Of a DNA stretch of 64,000 nt, positions 25,135 to 35,450 are shown piece by piece. Where the stretch lies: assembly GCA_965662235.1 (NCBI GenBank), contig CBFIGY010000002.1, forward strand, positions 64,001-128,000, written 5' to 3'. The position numbers and the translations under genes were made by a program. Under the pieces are notes generated by a model. The model did not search any database. It saw only the letters and a list, made by a program, of their open reading frames with translations, and was not told the origin of the DNA. This stretch comes from an uncultured bacterium. Its GTDB lineage: Bacteria > SAR324 > NAC60-12. Within the stretch, counting starts at the first letter, position 1; each line of letters opens with the position of its first letter.

Positions 25135-27207
25135 ATGCTTACTGCTGAACAGCACCACCTGTGTGCCAATACCGTCCGCTTCCTTGCAGCTGATGCCGTC
25201 CAAGCGGCCAACTCCGGACACCCGGGCGCGCCCATGGGAATGGCCGACCTTGCTGTGGTTCTCTGGACCCGCTTCCTGCGTTACGACCCACAGGCCCCGG
25301 ACTGGAAGAACCGTGATCGCTTTGTCCTCTCTGCCGGACACGCCTCCATGCTCCTCTACTCCATGCTGCACCTCAGCGGCTACAAGGTGTCTCTGGACGA
25401 CCTCAAGCAGTTCCGGCAAAAGGACAGCATCACCCCCGGACACCCGGAGGTTGGGCTGACTCCCGGTGTGGAATGCACCACTGGCCCTCTCGGAGCCGGA
25501 TTCAGCAACGGCGTCGGCATGGCCCTCGCGTCCAAAATGATGGGCGCCCGTTTCAACCAGACGGCTCCGCTGGTCACAGCCCGAACCTTTGTGATCTGCA
25601 GTGACGGAGACCTTCAGGAAGGCGTTGCCTCTGAAGCGGCTTCCCTTGCAGGGCACCTGCGTCTTGGCAACCTTGTGGCCCTTTACGACTGCAACGACAT
25701 TACCATTGGCGGACGCGCCAGCCTCTCAATGAGCGAAAACGTGGCTCAGCGCTTCCAGGCGTACGGCTGGCACACCGTTGAGTGTGACGGACACAATCCG
25801 GATGAAATCGCCGCTGCCCTTGATGCCGCAGTGGCCGAGTCGGGCAAACCCTCGCTGGTGATCGCCCGGACCACCATTGGCAAAGGCGCTCCGACCAAGG
25901 CCGATACGTCCGGATCCCACGGCGCACCGCTCGGACCGGAAGAGATCAAGGCGGCCAAAGAAGCCGTGAACTGGCCTCAGGAAGCCTTTTATGTTCCGGA
26001 AGAAGTTCGCGCCTGCTTCCAGCAACGTGCTGAAGCAAACCAGCAGGAACACGCCACCTGGAAACAAACCCTGGAAACCTGGAAGTCCGGAAACCCGGAA
26101 CAGGCCGCCGTGTGGGACGCCCACTGGAACCACACCCTTCCGGATGACCTGCTGGAGCAGCTGGTCGCCGCCGTTGGGGACAAGGTGGACGCAACCCGGA
26201 ACCTGTCTGGCGCTGTGATCCAGAAGATTGCTGAACTCGTCCCTGCCTTTGCCGGTGGCTCAGCAGACCTGGAGCCCAGCAACAAGACCCTCATCAAGGA
26301 TGGCGGCAGCATCCGTCCCAGCGAGAACGCGAACCTCGACCAAGCAGACCCCGCCTTTGCTGGACGAAACATCCACTTTGGCATCCGTGAGCATGGCATG
26401 GGCGGCATCACCAACGGCATGGCGCTGTTCGGAAGCTGGCTTCCCTACTGCGGCACCTTCGAGGTCTTCTCCGACTACATGCGTCCGTCAGTCCGCCTCG
26501 CGTCCCTCTCCCACCTGCCCAGCGTGTTCGTGTTCACTCACGACTCCATTGGCGTTGGAGAAGACGGCCCCACCCACCAGCCGATTGAACACCACTGGGC
26601 CCTGCGGTTGATTCCGGGCGTTGAAGTGTGGCGTCCGGCAGATGCGCTGGAAACCGCAGTCGCTTGGGCCTGCTCGCTGGAACCGGAAGCCGACAAGCCC
26701 AACCCCAGTGCCCTGCTGCTGACACGGCAAACCACAGCACTGCTGGAGCGGGATGACGCCTTTGAGATGTATGACGCCGCTGCTGGAGGCTATGTCGTCC
26801 GCAAGTACGTCGAGGATCCGGAGCTGATCTTAGTTTCCACAGGATCAGAAGGAGGCATTGTCCAAGAGGCCTGTAAGGAGCTCGACCAAGAAGGCTTCTC
26901 CGTCTGGCACGTGTCCATGCCCTGCCTTGAGCGCTTTGAGAAGCAAGCCATCGACTACCAACTGTCGGTGTTCCCGCCCTCTGCCACCATCATTGCTGTG
27001 GAAGCCGGCACGACCCGACCGTGGTACCAGTACGCCGATCACGCCATTGGCATTGATGAGTTCGGCATGTCTGCTCCCGGAGAAGAAATCTTTGAAGCCT
27101 TTGAACTGAACACCAAGCGCATTGTTGAAGACGTCATGGAGCTGTTCGACTCTGCCGCAGAGATGCAGGCCCTCCTGGAGCAAGTCGAGGAAGAAGAGTC
27201 GAAATGA
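25135..27207 (+). CDS. tkt: Transketolase
   Basis: ANSGHPG, RDRFVLSAGH, SDGDLQEG, FGIREH, THDSIGVGEDGPTHQP. Confidence 0.98.
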   Translation: MLTAEQHHLCANTVRFLAADAVQAANSGHPGAPMGMADLAVVLWTRFLRYDPQAPDWKNRDRFVLSAGHASMLLYSMLHLSGYKVSLDDLKQFRQKDSITPGHPEVGLTPGVECTTGPLGAGFSNGVGMALASKMMGARFNQTAPLVTARTFVICSDGDLQEGVASEAASLAGHLRLGNLVALYDCNDITIGGRASLSMSENVAQRFQAYGWHTVECDGHNPDEIAAALDAAVAESGKPSLVIARTTIGKGAPTKADTSGSHGAPLGPEEIKAAKEAVNWPQEAFYVPEEVRACFQQRAEANQQEHATWKQTLETWKSGNPEQAAVWDAHWNHTLPDDLLEQLVAAVGDKVDATRNLSGAVIQKIAELVPAFAGGSADLEPSNKTLIKDGGSIRPSENANLDQADPAFAGRNIHFGIREHGMGGITNGMALFGSWLPYCGTFEVFSDYMRPSVRLASLSHLPSVFVFTHDSIGVGEDGPTHQPIEHHWALRLIPGVEVWRPADALETAVAWACSLEPEADKPNPSALLLTRQTTALLERDDAFEMYDAAAGGYVVRKYVEDPELILVSTGSEGGIVQEACKELDQEGFSVWHVSMPCLERFEKQAIDYQLSVFPPSATIIAVEAGTTRPWYQYADHAIGIDEFGMSAPGEEIFEAFELNTKRIVEDVMELFDSAAEMQALLEQVEEEESK

Positions 27208-27881
27208 GCCAGGCCAAGCAACAGGCGGCAGCAGCAGCCGCTGAGCAGATCGAGTCCGGAATGGTTGTCGGGCTCGGCACCGGCTCCACGGCGGCCCTCT
27301 TCGTCAAGATCCTTGGAGAGCGGGTCCGGCGGGAAAACCTCCGCATCCAGGGCATCCCGACGTCGCAGTCCACTCGTGAGTTGGCTCAGCAAGAAGGCAT
27401 TGAGCTGATCGACTTCCACACCACCACCTCCATCGACCTCACCGTTGACGGAGCGGATGAGGTGGACCCCGCGTTCCGGCTCATCAAAGGGGGCGGAGCC
27501 GCGTTGCTCTGGGAAAAAATTGTCGCCTCCGCCTCTAAAAGGGAGATCATTGTCGCCGATGCGTCCAAGCAGGTAGCGCAGTTGGGAGCGTTTCCGCTCC
27601 CCGTTGAGGTCATTCCCTTCGGCTGGCCTGTGGTCGCCGCCAAGATTCAGGACCTTGGCGGGAACCCGAAGCTGCGGCTGGCCGGCGAGACGCCGGTCAC
27701 CACTGACCAGGGAAACGTTGTCCTCGACTGCCACTTTGGCGTCATCTCAGACCCGGAACAGCTGGAGGCCCAACTCAACCTGATTCCTGGCGTTGTGGAA
27801 AATGGGCTCTTCATCAACCTCTGCTCCACGCTGATTGTTTCAGACGGCACCACCACCACGGTCACCGAAGCCTCAGCCTGA
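27204..27881 (+). CDS. rpiA: Ribose-5-phosphate isomerase A
   Basis: GLGTGST, DGADE, IKGGG, GVVENGLF. Confidence 0.97.
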   Translation: MSQAKQQAAAAAAEQIESGMVVGLGTGSTAALFVKILGERVRRENLRIQGIPTSQSTRELAQQEGIELIDFHTTTSIDLTVDGADEVDPAFRLIKGGGAALLWEKIVASASKREIIVADASKQVAQLGAFPLPVEVIPFGWPVVAAKIQDLGGNPKLRLAGETPVTTDQGNVVLDCHFGVISDPEQLEAQLNLIPGVVENGLFINLCSTLIVSDGTTTTVTEASA

Positions 27882-27926
27882 GTGACCGTCGTGAGGCGCC
27901 CCGTAACGGCCGAAACTTCGGCCTGA

Positions 27927-29039
<1,113 letters not shown>

Positions 29040-29050
29040 GCCTCACTCCC

Positions 29051-29070
29051 CGGGACGCTTCGGCGTCCCG
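29051..29070 (+). other. UUCG-tetraloop hairpin after gap (3' stabiliser or terminator, no U-tract)
   Basis: cgggacgc-ttcg-gcgtcccg. Confidence 0.55.
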
Positions 29071-29094
29071 CCTCCCCTTGCTCCGCCCGTTTCC

Positions 29095-29430
29095 ATGACT
29101 CCTGAAACCTCCCCTCGTCCCTGGCGCGAACGCTACCATCACGGCGAGCCCGGAAAATTCATTGTCTATGCGGCCAACGATCAGCCTGTGGCTGAGGTCC
29201 AGAACCAGGACCCGGAAGCCATGGCTCCGGATGCTCATTTGGTGGCTGCGGCGCCGCTGCTCTATGAGGCCCTGCGCGAACTGCTTGCCTCCACGGAAAC
29301 CGCCCTCCACGACCAAGGCATTGGCTGCGAATGCGACCGCTGTGAAGCCGCCAAGCAGCTCGCCTACCGCGCCATTGGTCACGCTGAAGGCAAAACGCCG
29401 CTCAAGGAAGGTATGCCGGGCACCTTCTGA
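29095..29430 (+). CDS. Small hypothetical protein with phage-like A-x-L-x-AAAP-x-L-x-EAL motif and CxCxxC
   Basis: 111-aa ORF: SPRPW...DAHLVAAAPLLYEALRELL...CECDRC. Confidence 0.7.
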   Translation: MTPETSPRPWRERYHHGEPGKFIVYAANDQPVAEVQNQDPEAMAPDAHLVAAAPLLYEALRELLASTETALHDQGIGCECDRCEAAKQLAYRAIGHAEGKTPLKEGMPGTF

Positions 29431-29522
29431 GCGCCGGCCCTCCGGTTTTCCAAGACATTCCCCCCAATCCATGCTAGTGGTGAAAGTAAGGTTTCCAAGC
29501 CCACTTTTCTTCCAGAGGCGCC

Positions 29523-30086
29523 ATGACCACACCGCTACGCATCTCCCTCACCCTCACGCTTTTCACGCTGCTGCTCGGCAGTTCCTTGGCCACTGCTGAT
29601 CAAACCAGTTCCCGCTTGCCCCCACTCTTTGAGCACCTTCAGGCGGCAAAGAGCCCCTTGGAGGCACAGATGCTGGAACAGATGATCTGGGAGGTGTGGA
29701 TTGAGCACGGCGATGAGGCCATTCAGCAGCAGATGAGCGAGGCCGCTGGCTTCATGAATCAGCAGGACTATGCCGCTGCCTTGGCGGTGCTGGATCAGGT
29801 GGTGGAACAGGCTCCGGACTATGCAGAAGGGTGGAACCGCCGGGCGACCGTCCGGTTTCTCGTGAAGGACTACGAAGGCTCCATTGCTGACATCGACCGG
29901 ACCCTTGCGCTGGAACCGCGGCACTTCGGAGCGCTGTCTGGGCTGGGGCAGATCTACCTCCTGCAGCAGCGTCCGGTTGAGGCCTTGGGCGCCTTTGATC
30001 AGGCCCTTGAGGCCAACCCCAACATGTCAGCCGTGCAGGAGTTGCGAGACCGTCTGGAGCAGCGGATCAAGCAGCAGGCCATCTGA
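29523..30086 (+). CDS. Secreted tetratricopeptide-repeat protein
   Basis: Signal peptide; PDYAEGWNRRA and LEPRHFGALSGLG TPR motifs. Confidence 0.88.
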   Translation: MTTPLRISLTLTLFTLLLGSSLATADQTSSRLPPLFEHLQAAKSPLEAQMLEQMIWEVWIEHGDEAIQQQMSEAAGFMNQQDYAAALAVLDQVVEQAPDYAEGWNRRATVRFLVKDYEGSIADIDRTLALEPRHFGALSGLGQIYLLQQRPVEALGAFDQALEANPNMSAVQELRDRLEQRIKQQAI

Positions 30087-30088
30087 CA

Positions 30089-31201
30089 TCACGCCGGAAG
30101 CTCCTTCAGCACCGAAGGGTCGGTCTCCTGCTTCCGTAAATGCTCCAGTGCCTGCTCGGCAGCAGGTCCCCCAATGGTCCGGAGCGCCCACGCTGCGTGC
30201 TGCCGAATCAGCGGCTCCGGGTCGTCCAGCGCCTGCGCCAGCACCGGAACCGCTTCCGGGCTTCCCCAGTTTCCCAAAGCCACCGCAACATTCCGGAGCA
30301 AGCCCCGCCGCTTGGTTCGCCACAGAGGGGTCTTCCGGAACCGCTTGCGAAACGCCTCTTCATCCCATGTCATCCACTCCAACAGATGGGGCTGCAGCCG
30401 TTCCGGATCAGGCTCAAACTCCGGAGCATCTGCCGCAGGAGCCCGACGGTTCCAAGGGCAGACTTCCTGACAGAGGTCACACCCAAAGAGGTGCGTGCCC
30501 ATCCCCGGACGGAGGTCTTCCGGGATTTCCCCCTTCAGCTCAATCGTGAGGTACGAAATGCACCGTCGGGCATCCACCGTCCGGTCGGCAACAATCGCAT
30601 CTGTTGGGCAAACGTCAATGCAACGGGTGCAGGAGCCGCAGTTGATACGAGTGAAGGGGGAGTCTTCAGGCAGGTCTGCAGCCAGCAGTAGCTCAGCTAG
30701 GAAGAAGTAGGAACCTTGCTCAGGATGAATGATGCAGGAGTGCTTGCCGAACCATCCCAGCCCCGCCCGCTGGGCGTATTCCCGTTCCAGCACCGGGCCT
30801 GAGTCCACAAAGCTCCGGCTGGGCGCTGTCAGTCCCAGTTCCGTGTGAGCAAACGCGGCCAGAGCGTTGAGCTTTTCCCGGACGACGTCATGGTAGTCGA
30901 CGCCTAGGGCGTAACGGCTGATCCGCCCGACCCCCGGTTGCGGAGGTGGAACTTCTGGCGGCGCATAGCGGATGCCCAAGGCCACCAGCGTCTGTGCCTC
31001 TGGGAGCAGCGTCCGGACGTCTCGCTTCAGCTCGGTGTGCCGCTCCAGGTACCCCATGGCGCCGGCGTACCCCTGCTGAAGCCAGTTGACGTAAATGGCG
31101 TGCGTCTGGCTCGGGGTCACCCGTAGGGTTCCGAACAGTGAGAAGCCCAGTTTTTGCGCGTGACGACGCAGGATTTCTTTGCGATACTCTGGACCCGGCA
31201 T
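30089..31201 (-). CDS. queG: tRNA epoxyqueuosine reductase QueG with C-terminal HEAT repeats
   Basis: ISRYALG.DYH, VDSGPVLER, CGSCTRCIDVCPT, GCDLCQEVCPWN. Confidence 0.96.
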   Translation of the reverse strand: MPGPEYRKEILRRHAQKLGFSLFGTLRVTPSQTHAIYVNWLQQGYAGAMGYLERHTELKRDVRTLLPEAQTLVALGIRYAPPEVPPPQPGVGRISRYALGVDYHDVVREKLNALAAFAHTELGLTAPSRSFVDSGPVLEREYAQRAGLGWFGKHSCIIHPEQGSYFFLAELLLAADLPEDSPFTRINCGSCTRCIDVCPTDAIVADRTVDARRCISYLTIELKGEIPEDLRPGMGTHLFGCDLCQEVCPWNRRAPAADAPEFEPDPERLQPHLLEWMTWDEEAFRKRFRKTPLWRTKRRGLLRNVAVALGNWGSPEAVPVLAQALDDPEPLIRQHAAWALRTIGGPAAEQALEHLRKQETDPSVLKELPA

Positions 31202-31304
31202 GTGCTAAAATAGCTATAAGATTCCAGATTGGTTGTGTTAGGATAACGCTTTTTTTCGGGCGAACTGCGCTTCGCTGCTGCTTACACTCACGTGGGGGGT
31301 ACTC

Positions 31305-32678
31305 GTGAGCATCATTCTCCGGATCCAGGTTCAGGGACTGCTGCTGCTCTGTTTGATCGTCTGGCCACAAGAGATTGACCCGCCCTTCTTACTGAACACC
31401 CCGCTTCACGCCAGCAACGCCATCTACCCCAACGCCTCCAGCAGTCACCTAGACTGGACGGCAATTCCTCCGGACTACGCGTTTCCTCTGCAGGACCGAC
31501 GCTTTCAGAAGCCTCTAGCGTCTCAGCCCCTCATCCAGCAGCTCGACACTCTGGCGGAGCCGCTGATTCAGCAGCACCCCGACTGGGAAGAAACCCAGCT
31601 CACCAAGCAGTTCTATCAGTTTTACCTCGGTTACGACGCCTTTTCGCGGCTCCGTTACGAACGCGGAGTCCACTACCTTGACACCCAGCGGGATCGGGAC
31701 GCTCTGGCCGAGTTCATGGTGCAGCAGCGGTGGACCACCGAGGTACTGGAACGTTACTCCACGCATCCCGACTACGGTCACTTGCCCGGTTACCTGTTCC
31801 GGACCCTCGCCACCATCCAGACGGCTGCCCACTTCTTTGAAATCCCCTACCCCACGCTGTTCTGCCTGTTCTTTCAAGAGTCTAAGCTGGACTACCGCAT
31901 GGTCAGCCGCACGGGCGCCCGAGGCGTGGGGCAGTTGACCTCCATCGCGCTCCGACAGGTGATGACCCTCCGGGACCGTGATGACAACGAGCGCCTCCTT
32001 GAGCTCTCGGTTCAGCACCTAGGACGCGTCTACCGAGACCCACTCTTTCGGAGGTGGATGAACCACTTGGAGCTGACCCTGGACTTTCCGCTTCCCGAAA
32101 AGCCTCGGATGGAACTCCGGGTGGCGACGCCGACCCTCTACACGATGGTCAGTCAGACCTCCCGCCTGCTCCGGCGGGCCAACATTTCGTACGGAAAGGA
32201 CGAGGGGTTGATCTGGGTGCTGGTGCGCAAGATTCGGCACGGGGAGATTCTTCCGGAACGCTACGCCAAGGTCCACTGGGCCTACGACCAGATTGCAGAA
32301 CGCTACCTCGCGTCTGAGCCTCAGAGCGTGTTCAACATTGAGACCAACATCCTCCTGTCTGCGATGCTGCTCAAGCATTACTACAACTACACCTGGAAGA
32401 ACCGTGGGCACGTCATTGAGCTGAAGCCGGAGGTCCGGGCCATGATGGCCATTGCCGCCTACAACAACGGGCAGAGCGGCATCCGGCGGTTCCTCGCTGG
32501 GCTGGAGAATGAGTTTCGGATCAGCCTGCGGGACTCTTCCGCTGAATGGGTCGCGTCCAAGTTCACCGCTCGGCGCCTGTCTCGAGCCCTGCGCCGTCCT
32601 TACAGTAAGATCCGGGAGGTCTCTCGGCACATCCGGCACATCACAGCTTGCTCGGAGCAACAGTTTCCGTTTCGCTAG
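31305..32678 (+). CDS. Putative lytic transglycosylase (SLT-like) with large insertion
   Basis: QES...VSRTGARGVGQL (motifs I/II), NI...AMLL, AAYNNG (motif III); N-terminal hydrophobic anchor. Confidence 0.65.
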   Translation: MSIILRIQVQGLLLLCLIVWPQEIDPPFLLNTPLHASNAIYPNASSSHLDWTAIPPDYAFPLQDRRFQKPLASQPLIQQLDTLAEPLIQQHPDWEETQLTKQFYQFYLGYDAFSRLRYERGVHYLDTQRDRDALAEFMVQQRWTTEVLERYSTHPDYGHLPGYLFRTLATIQTAAHFFEIPYPTLFCLFFQESKLDYRMVSRTGARGVGQLTSIALRQVMTLRDRDDNERLLELSVQHLGRVYRDPLFRRWMNHLELTLDFPLPEKPRMELRVATPTLYTMVSQTSRLLRRANISYGKDEGLIWVLVRKIRHGEILPERYAKVHWAYDQIAERYLASEPQSVFNIETNILLSAMLLKHYYNYTWKNRGHVIELKPEVRAMMAIAAYNNGQSGIRRFLAGLENEFRISLRDSSAEWVASKFTARRLSRALRRPYSKIREVSRHIRHITACSEQQFPFR

Positions 32679-34320
32679 GGGCCTCTTCCTCTGTGGCTGG
32701 AATTTCGTAGAGGGCAAATTCGCCCAACCGCTTCACCAACTGCACCCGGGGGTGCTCGTTCTGCAGATTGGCCTCGTGGTTGTCCTTGGTGATGACTGCT
32801 AGGGCAAACGGCTGGGGCTCATCTAGGATGCTTGGGTCGCCAGGAAACTTATCCGTGTGGAGCATCTCAATTTCCTGCTTTCCATAAAACAGGGCCGCAA
32901 AGGAGACGTAACGGAAGAAGACCACCTTTTGGTTCTTGGCGTGGGCCTCTGCAACCAACTCCAGCATCGGTTGCTGCATGAACCCCACCACCAACGGCAG
33001 GTGCAGGAGCCACAGAGCCTGCGTCCACACGACCATTGCCACTGCTAGGATGGCAACTCCACGCGCCACCTGTTGCTTCAGCAGGTAGAAGCCTCCCAGC
33101 ACCCCCAGCCCACCAAATACGGCACCGGTGGCATAGGTCCAGTCCAGATTCCAGCCCAGCTGCAGATCCGGAACCGCCTCGTCCAGAAAACGCTGGCCCT
33201 CCTGAGGAAACAGGCCAAACGCCAACACGGCCAGAAACAGTACCGAAATCGTGACTCCCCACCCGACGGTTGCAGACAGGTGGTGACCGCGATCCATGCT
33301 CCGGTTTGCCACCAGAGCCGTCAGTAGGCTCAGCGGAATGTAAAATGAGGCTGAGTAGTGCGGCAGTTTGGTCTGCACCAACGAAAACAGGATCAGCACA
33401 AACACAAACCAGCCTAGGCTGAGCCGAACCAGGTTGCGCTCATGCGTGTTGGAGCTGTTCCACACCGCCCGGAAGTCTCCAAGCAGAAACGGCGTCCAGG
33501 GCATGAGACCAAAAACCGCCACCCCCAGATGATAGAACCAGGGGCCGGAATGGCTTTCCAAAGGCCGTGAAAAGAGGCTCAGCTGAAACCGGATGAACCC
33601 CTCAATGAACTCGGTTCCGTACTTGACCCAGTTCATCAGGTACCAAGACAACGCGATCGTCAAGGAAACAGCACCACACGCAAAAAAGTGTCCCCACGGC
33701 ACCCGAGGGTTCGCCGAGAAGACCTTGTAACTCGCAAAGGCCACCAGCGGAATCACGCCCCCGAGCGGCCCCTTCGTCATCACAGCCACTCCCATGGCGA
33801 CGCTCGCCCCCATTAGCGGAAGCCACGGAGAGGGGTGGATTTTGAGCGGATCCGACTCCTGCATGATGCGGTCGTACGCATAAAGCAGGAAGGTTGCAAC
33901 GGCGATGAAGAGGTTAAAGGTATGGTCAATGACAGCCGCTCGTCCCAGCACAGAAGGCAGGAAGGCCGTGAGGTACATCACCGCCCAGAGCGCCCCCAGT
34001 CGCTTTCCGGAAACCCGGGAGCCCACCACGTAGCACCACCCCACCATGAGCAGTCCTGCCAGGGCAGATGGGAAACGCGCCGCAAACTCATCCACTCCCC
34101 AAAGGTGGTAGCTCAGCGACTGCAACCAAAAGAAAAACGGAGGTTTCTCAGCAAACGGATGTCCATTAATGAAGACGTTCAGGTAGTCTCCGCGCTCCAC
34201 CATCTGCCGACTTGCTTCGGCATAAATGTTTTCATCCCAGTCAATGAGAGGGAGCGCTCCTAGGTTGGGAAAGAGGACCACAAGGCCCAAGACCAGAAGA
34301 GATAGCGGGAGCAGGGGCAT
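32641..34320 (-). CDS. ArnT/PMT-like (GT83/GT39) membrane glycosyltransferase
   Basis: DWDE..YAEASRQM, EKPP.FFWL, AARFPSA, MTKGP, TKLPHY; multi-TM. Confidence 0.9.
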   Translation of the reverse strand: MPLLPLSLLVLGLVVLFPNLGALPLIDWDENIYAEASRQMVERGDYLNVFINGHPFAEKPPFFFWLQSLSYHLWGVDEFAARFPSALAGLLMVGWCYVVGSRVSGKRLGALWAVMYLTAFLPSVLGRAAVIDHTFNLFIAVATFLLYAYDRIMQESDPLKIHPSPWLPLMGASVAMGVAVMTKGPLGGVIPLVAFASYKVFSANPRVPWGHFFACGAVSLTIALSWYLMNWVKYGTEFIEGFIRFQLSLFSRPLESHSGPWFYHLGVAVFGLMPWTPFLLGDFRAVWNSSNTHERNLVRLSLGWFVFVLILFSLVQTKLPHYSASFYIPLSLLTALVANRSMDRGHHLSATVGWGVTISVLFLAVLAFGLFPQEGQRFLDEAVPDLQLGWNLDWTYATGAVFGGLGVLGGFYLLKQQVARGVAILAVAMVVWTQALWLLHLPLVVGFMQQPMLELVAEAHAKNQKVVFFRYVSFAALFYGKQEIEMLHTDKFPGDPSILDEPQPFALAVITKDNHEANLQNEHPRVQLVKRLGEFALYEIPATEEEAPSETETVAPSKL

Positions 34321-34466
34321 ACACCACTCAGAGACAACGTAATGGAGGAGGAGGCCGAATTGATCTTGACCGGCCGTTTCATTTCACAGATGCTGATCGT
34401 TTTTTGTCAATTTTGTGACCGCACTGTTCGATTCTCGCAAATTTCACACCGTCCGGCGACCCTTAT

Positions 34467-35450
34467 ATGCCTTCTGTCCGTCCCCTTCCCATCATTCTCG
34501 GAATCGCTGGACTGCAAGCGACTCCGGAAGAACTCGCTTTTTTCCGAGAAGCTCAGCCCTTTGGCTTCATTCTGTTTTCCCGAAACCTAGACACTCCAGA
34601 CCAGATTCAGCACCTTACGGCGACACTCCGGGACGTCACGGGGCGTGAGGAGGTTCCCATTTTGATTGATGAGGAAGGAGGACGTGTCCAACGGTTGCCG
34701 AAACCAGCTTGGCCCGATTTTCCGCCTGCTCGAACCCTCGGGCAGGGGTATGACCAGCATCCGGATCAGGTGCGCGCCCGGGTCCGCGACAACTACCAGC
34801 GCTTGGGGAGCGAGTTGCGTGCACTCGGGATCACGGTGGATGCCGCTCCGGTCGCGGACTTGGCGATTGCCGCCCAGCATGAGGTCATCGGTGAGCGAAC
34901 GTTTTCGGCTCATCCAGATGCCGTTGCCGACCTTGCTCGGGCCTGTGCAGACGGCCTTCGAGACGCAGGCGTGCTGCCTATTGTGAAGCACACCCCGGGA
35001 TACGGTCACGCAACCGTGGATCCTCACGAGGCCCTTCCGGTCTTTTCAGAATCCCGAGCCTACCTAGAAGCGCATGACTTTGCCCCCTTCCGGCAGCTGG
35101 CAGACCTTCCCTGGGCGATGACCTGCCACCTCAAGTTTCCGCAGCTGGATCCGGAGTGGCCGGCAACGCTTTCCCCAACCCTCATTCAGGACATCATCCG
35201 TGGGTGGACAGGGTTTGATGGGCTGCTGGTGACCGATTGTCTCTTCATGAACGCCCTCTCCGGGACGCTACCGGAACGCATCCAGCGGTGCCTAGAAGCA
35301 GGCTGCGACCTTGCGCTCCACAGCCACGGCACCGTTGCCGAAATGGAAGCCGCGGTCGCCCCCCTCTCGCCGATGTCAGACGAGTCATGGCAACGTTGGC
35401 TCCGGTCGCAGCAGTGGCTACAGACGCCTAACCCGCCTTCATCTGTTTGA
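34467..35450 (+). CDS. nagZ: Beta-N-acetylhexosaminidase (GH3)
   Basis: GFILFSRN, DEEGGRVQR, KHTPGYG...DPH, nucleophile in VTDCL. Confidence 0.88.
   Translation: MPSVRPLPIILGIAGLQATPEELAFFREAQPFGFILFSRNLDTPDQIQHLTATLRDVTGREEVPILIDEEGGRVQRLPKPAWPDFPPARTLGQGYDQHPDQVRARVRDNYQRLGSELRALGITVDAAPVADLAIAAQHEVIGERTFSAHPDAVADLARACADGLRDAGVLPIVKHTPGYGHATVDPHEALPVFSESRAYLEAHDFAPFRQLADLPWAMTCHLKFPQLDPEWPATLSPTLIQDIIRGWTGFDGLLVTDCLFMNALSGTLPERIQRCLEAGCDLALHSHGTVAEMEAAVAPLSPMSDESWQRWLRSQQWLQTPNPPSSV

Noticed and set aside
29827..29840. AAGGGTGGAACCGC resembling a T-box core
   Set aside because: Lies inside the TPR CDS encoding conserved EGWNR; no stem I, terminator or amino-acid gene downstream.
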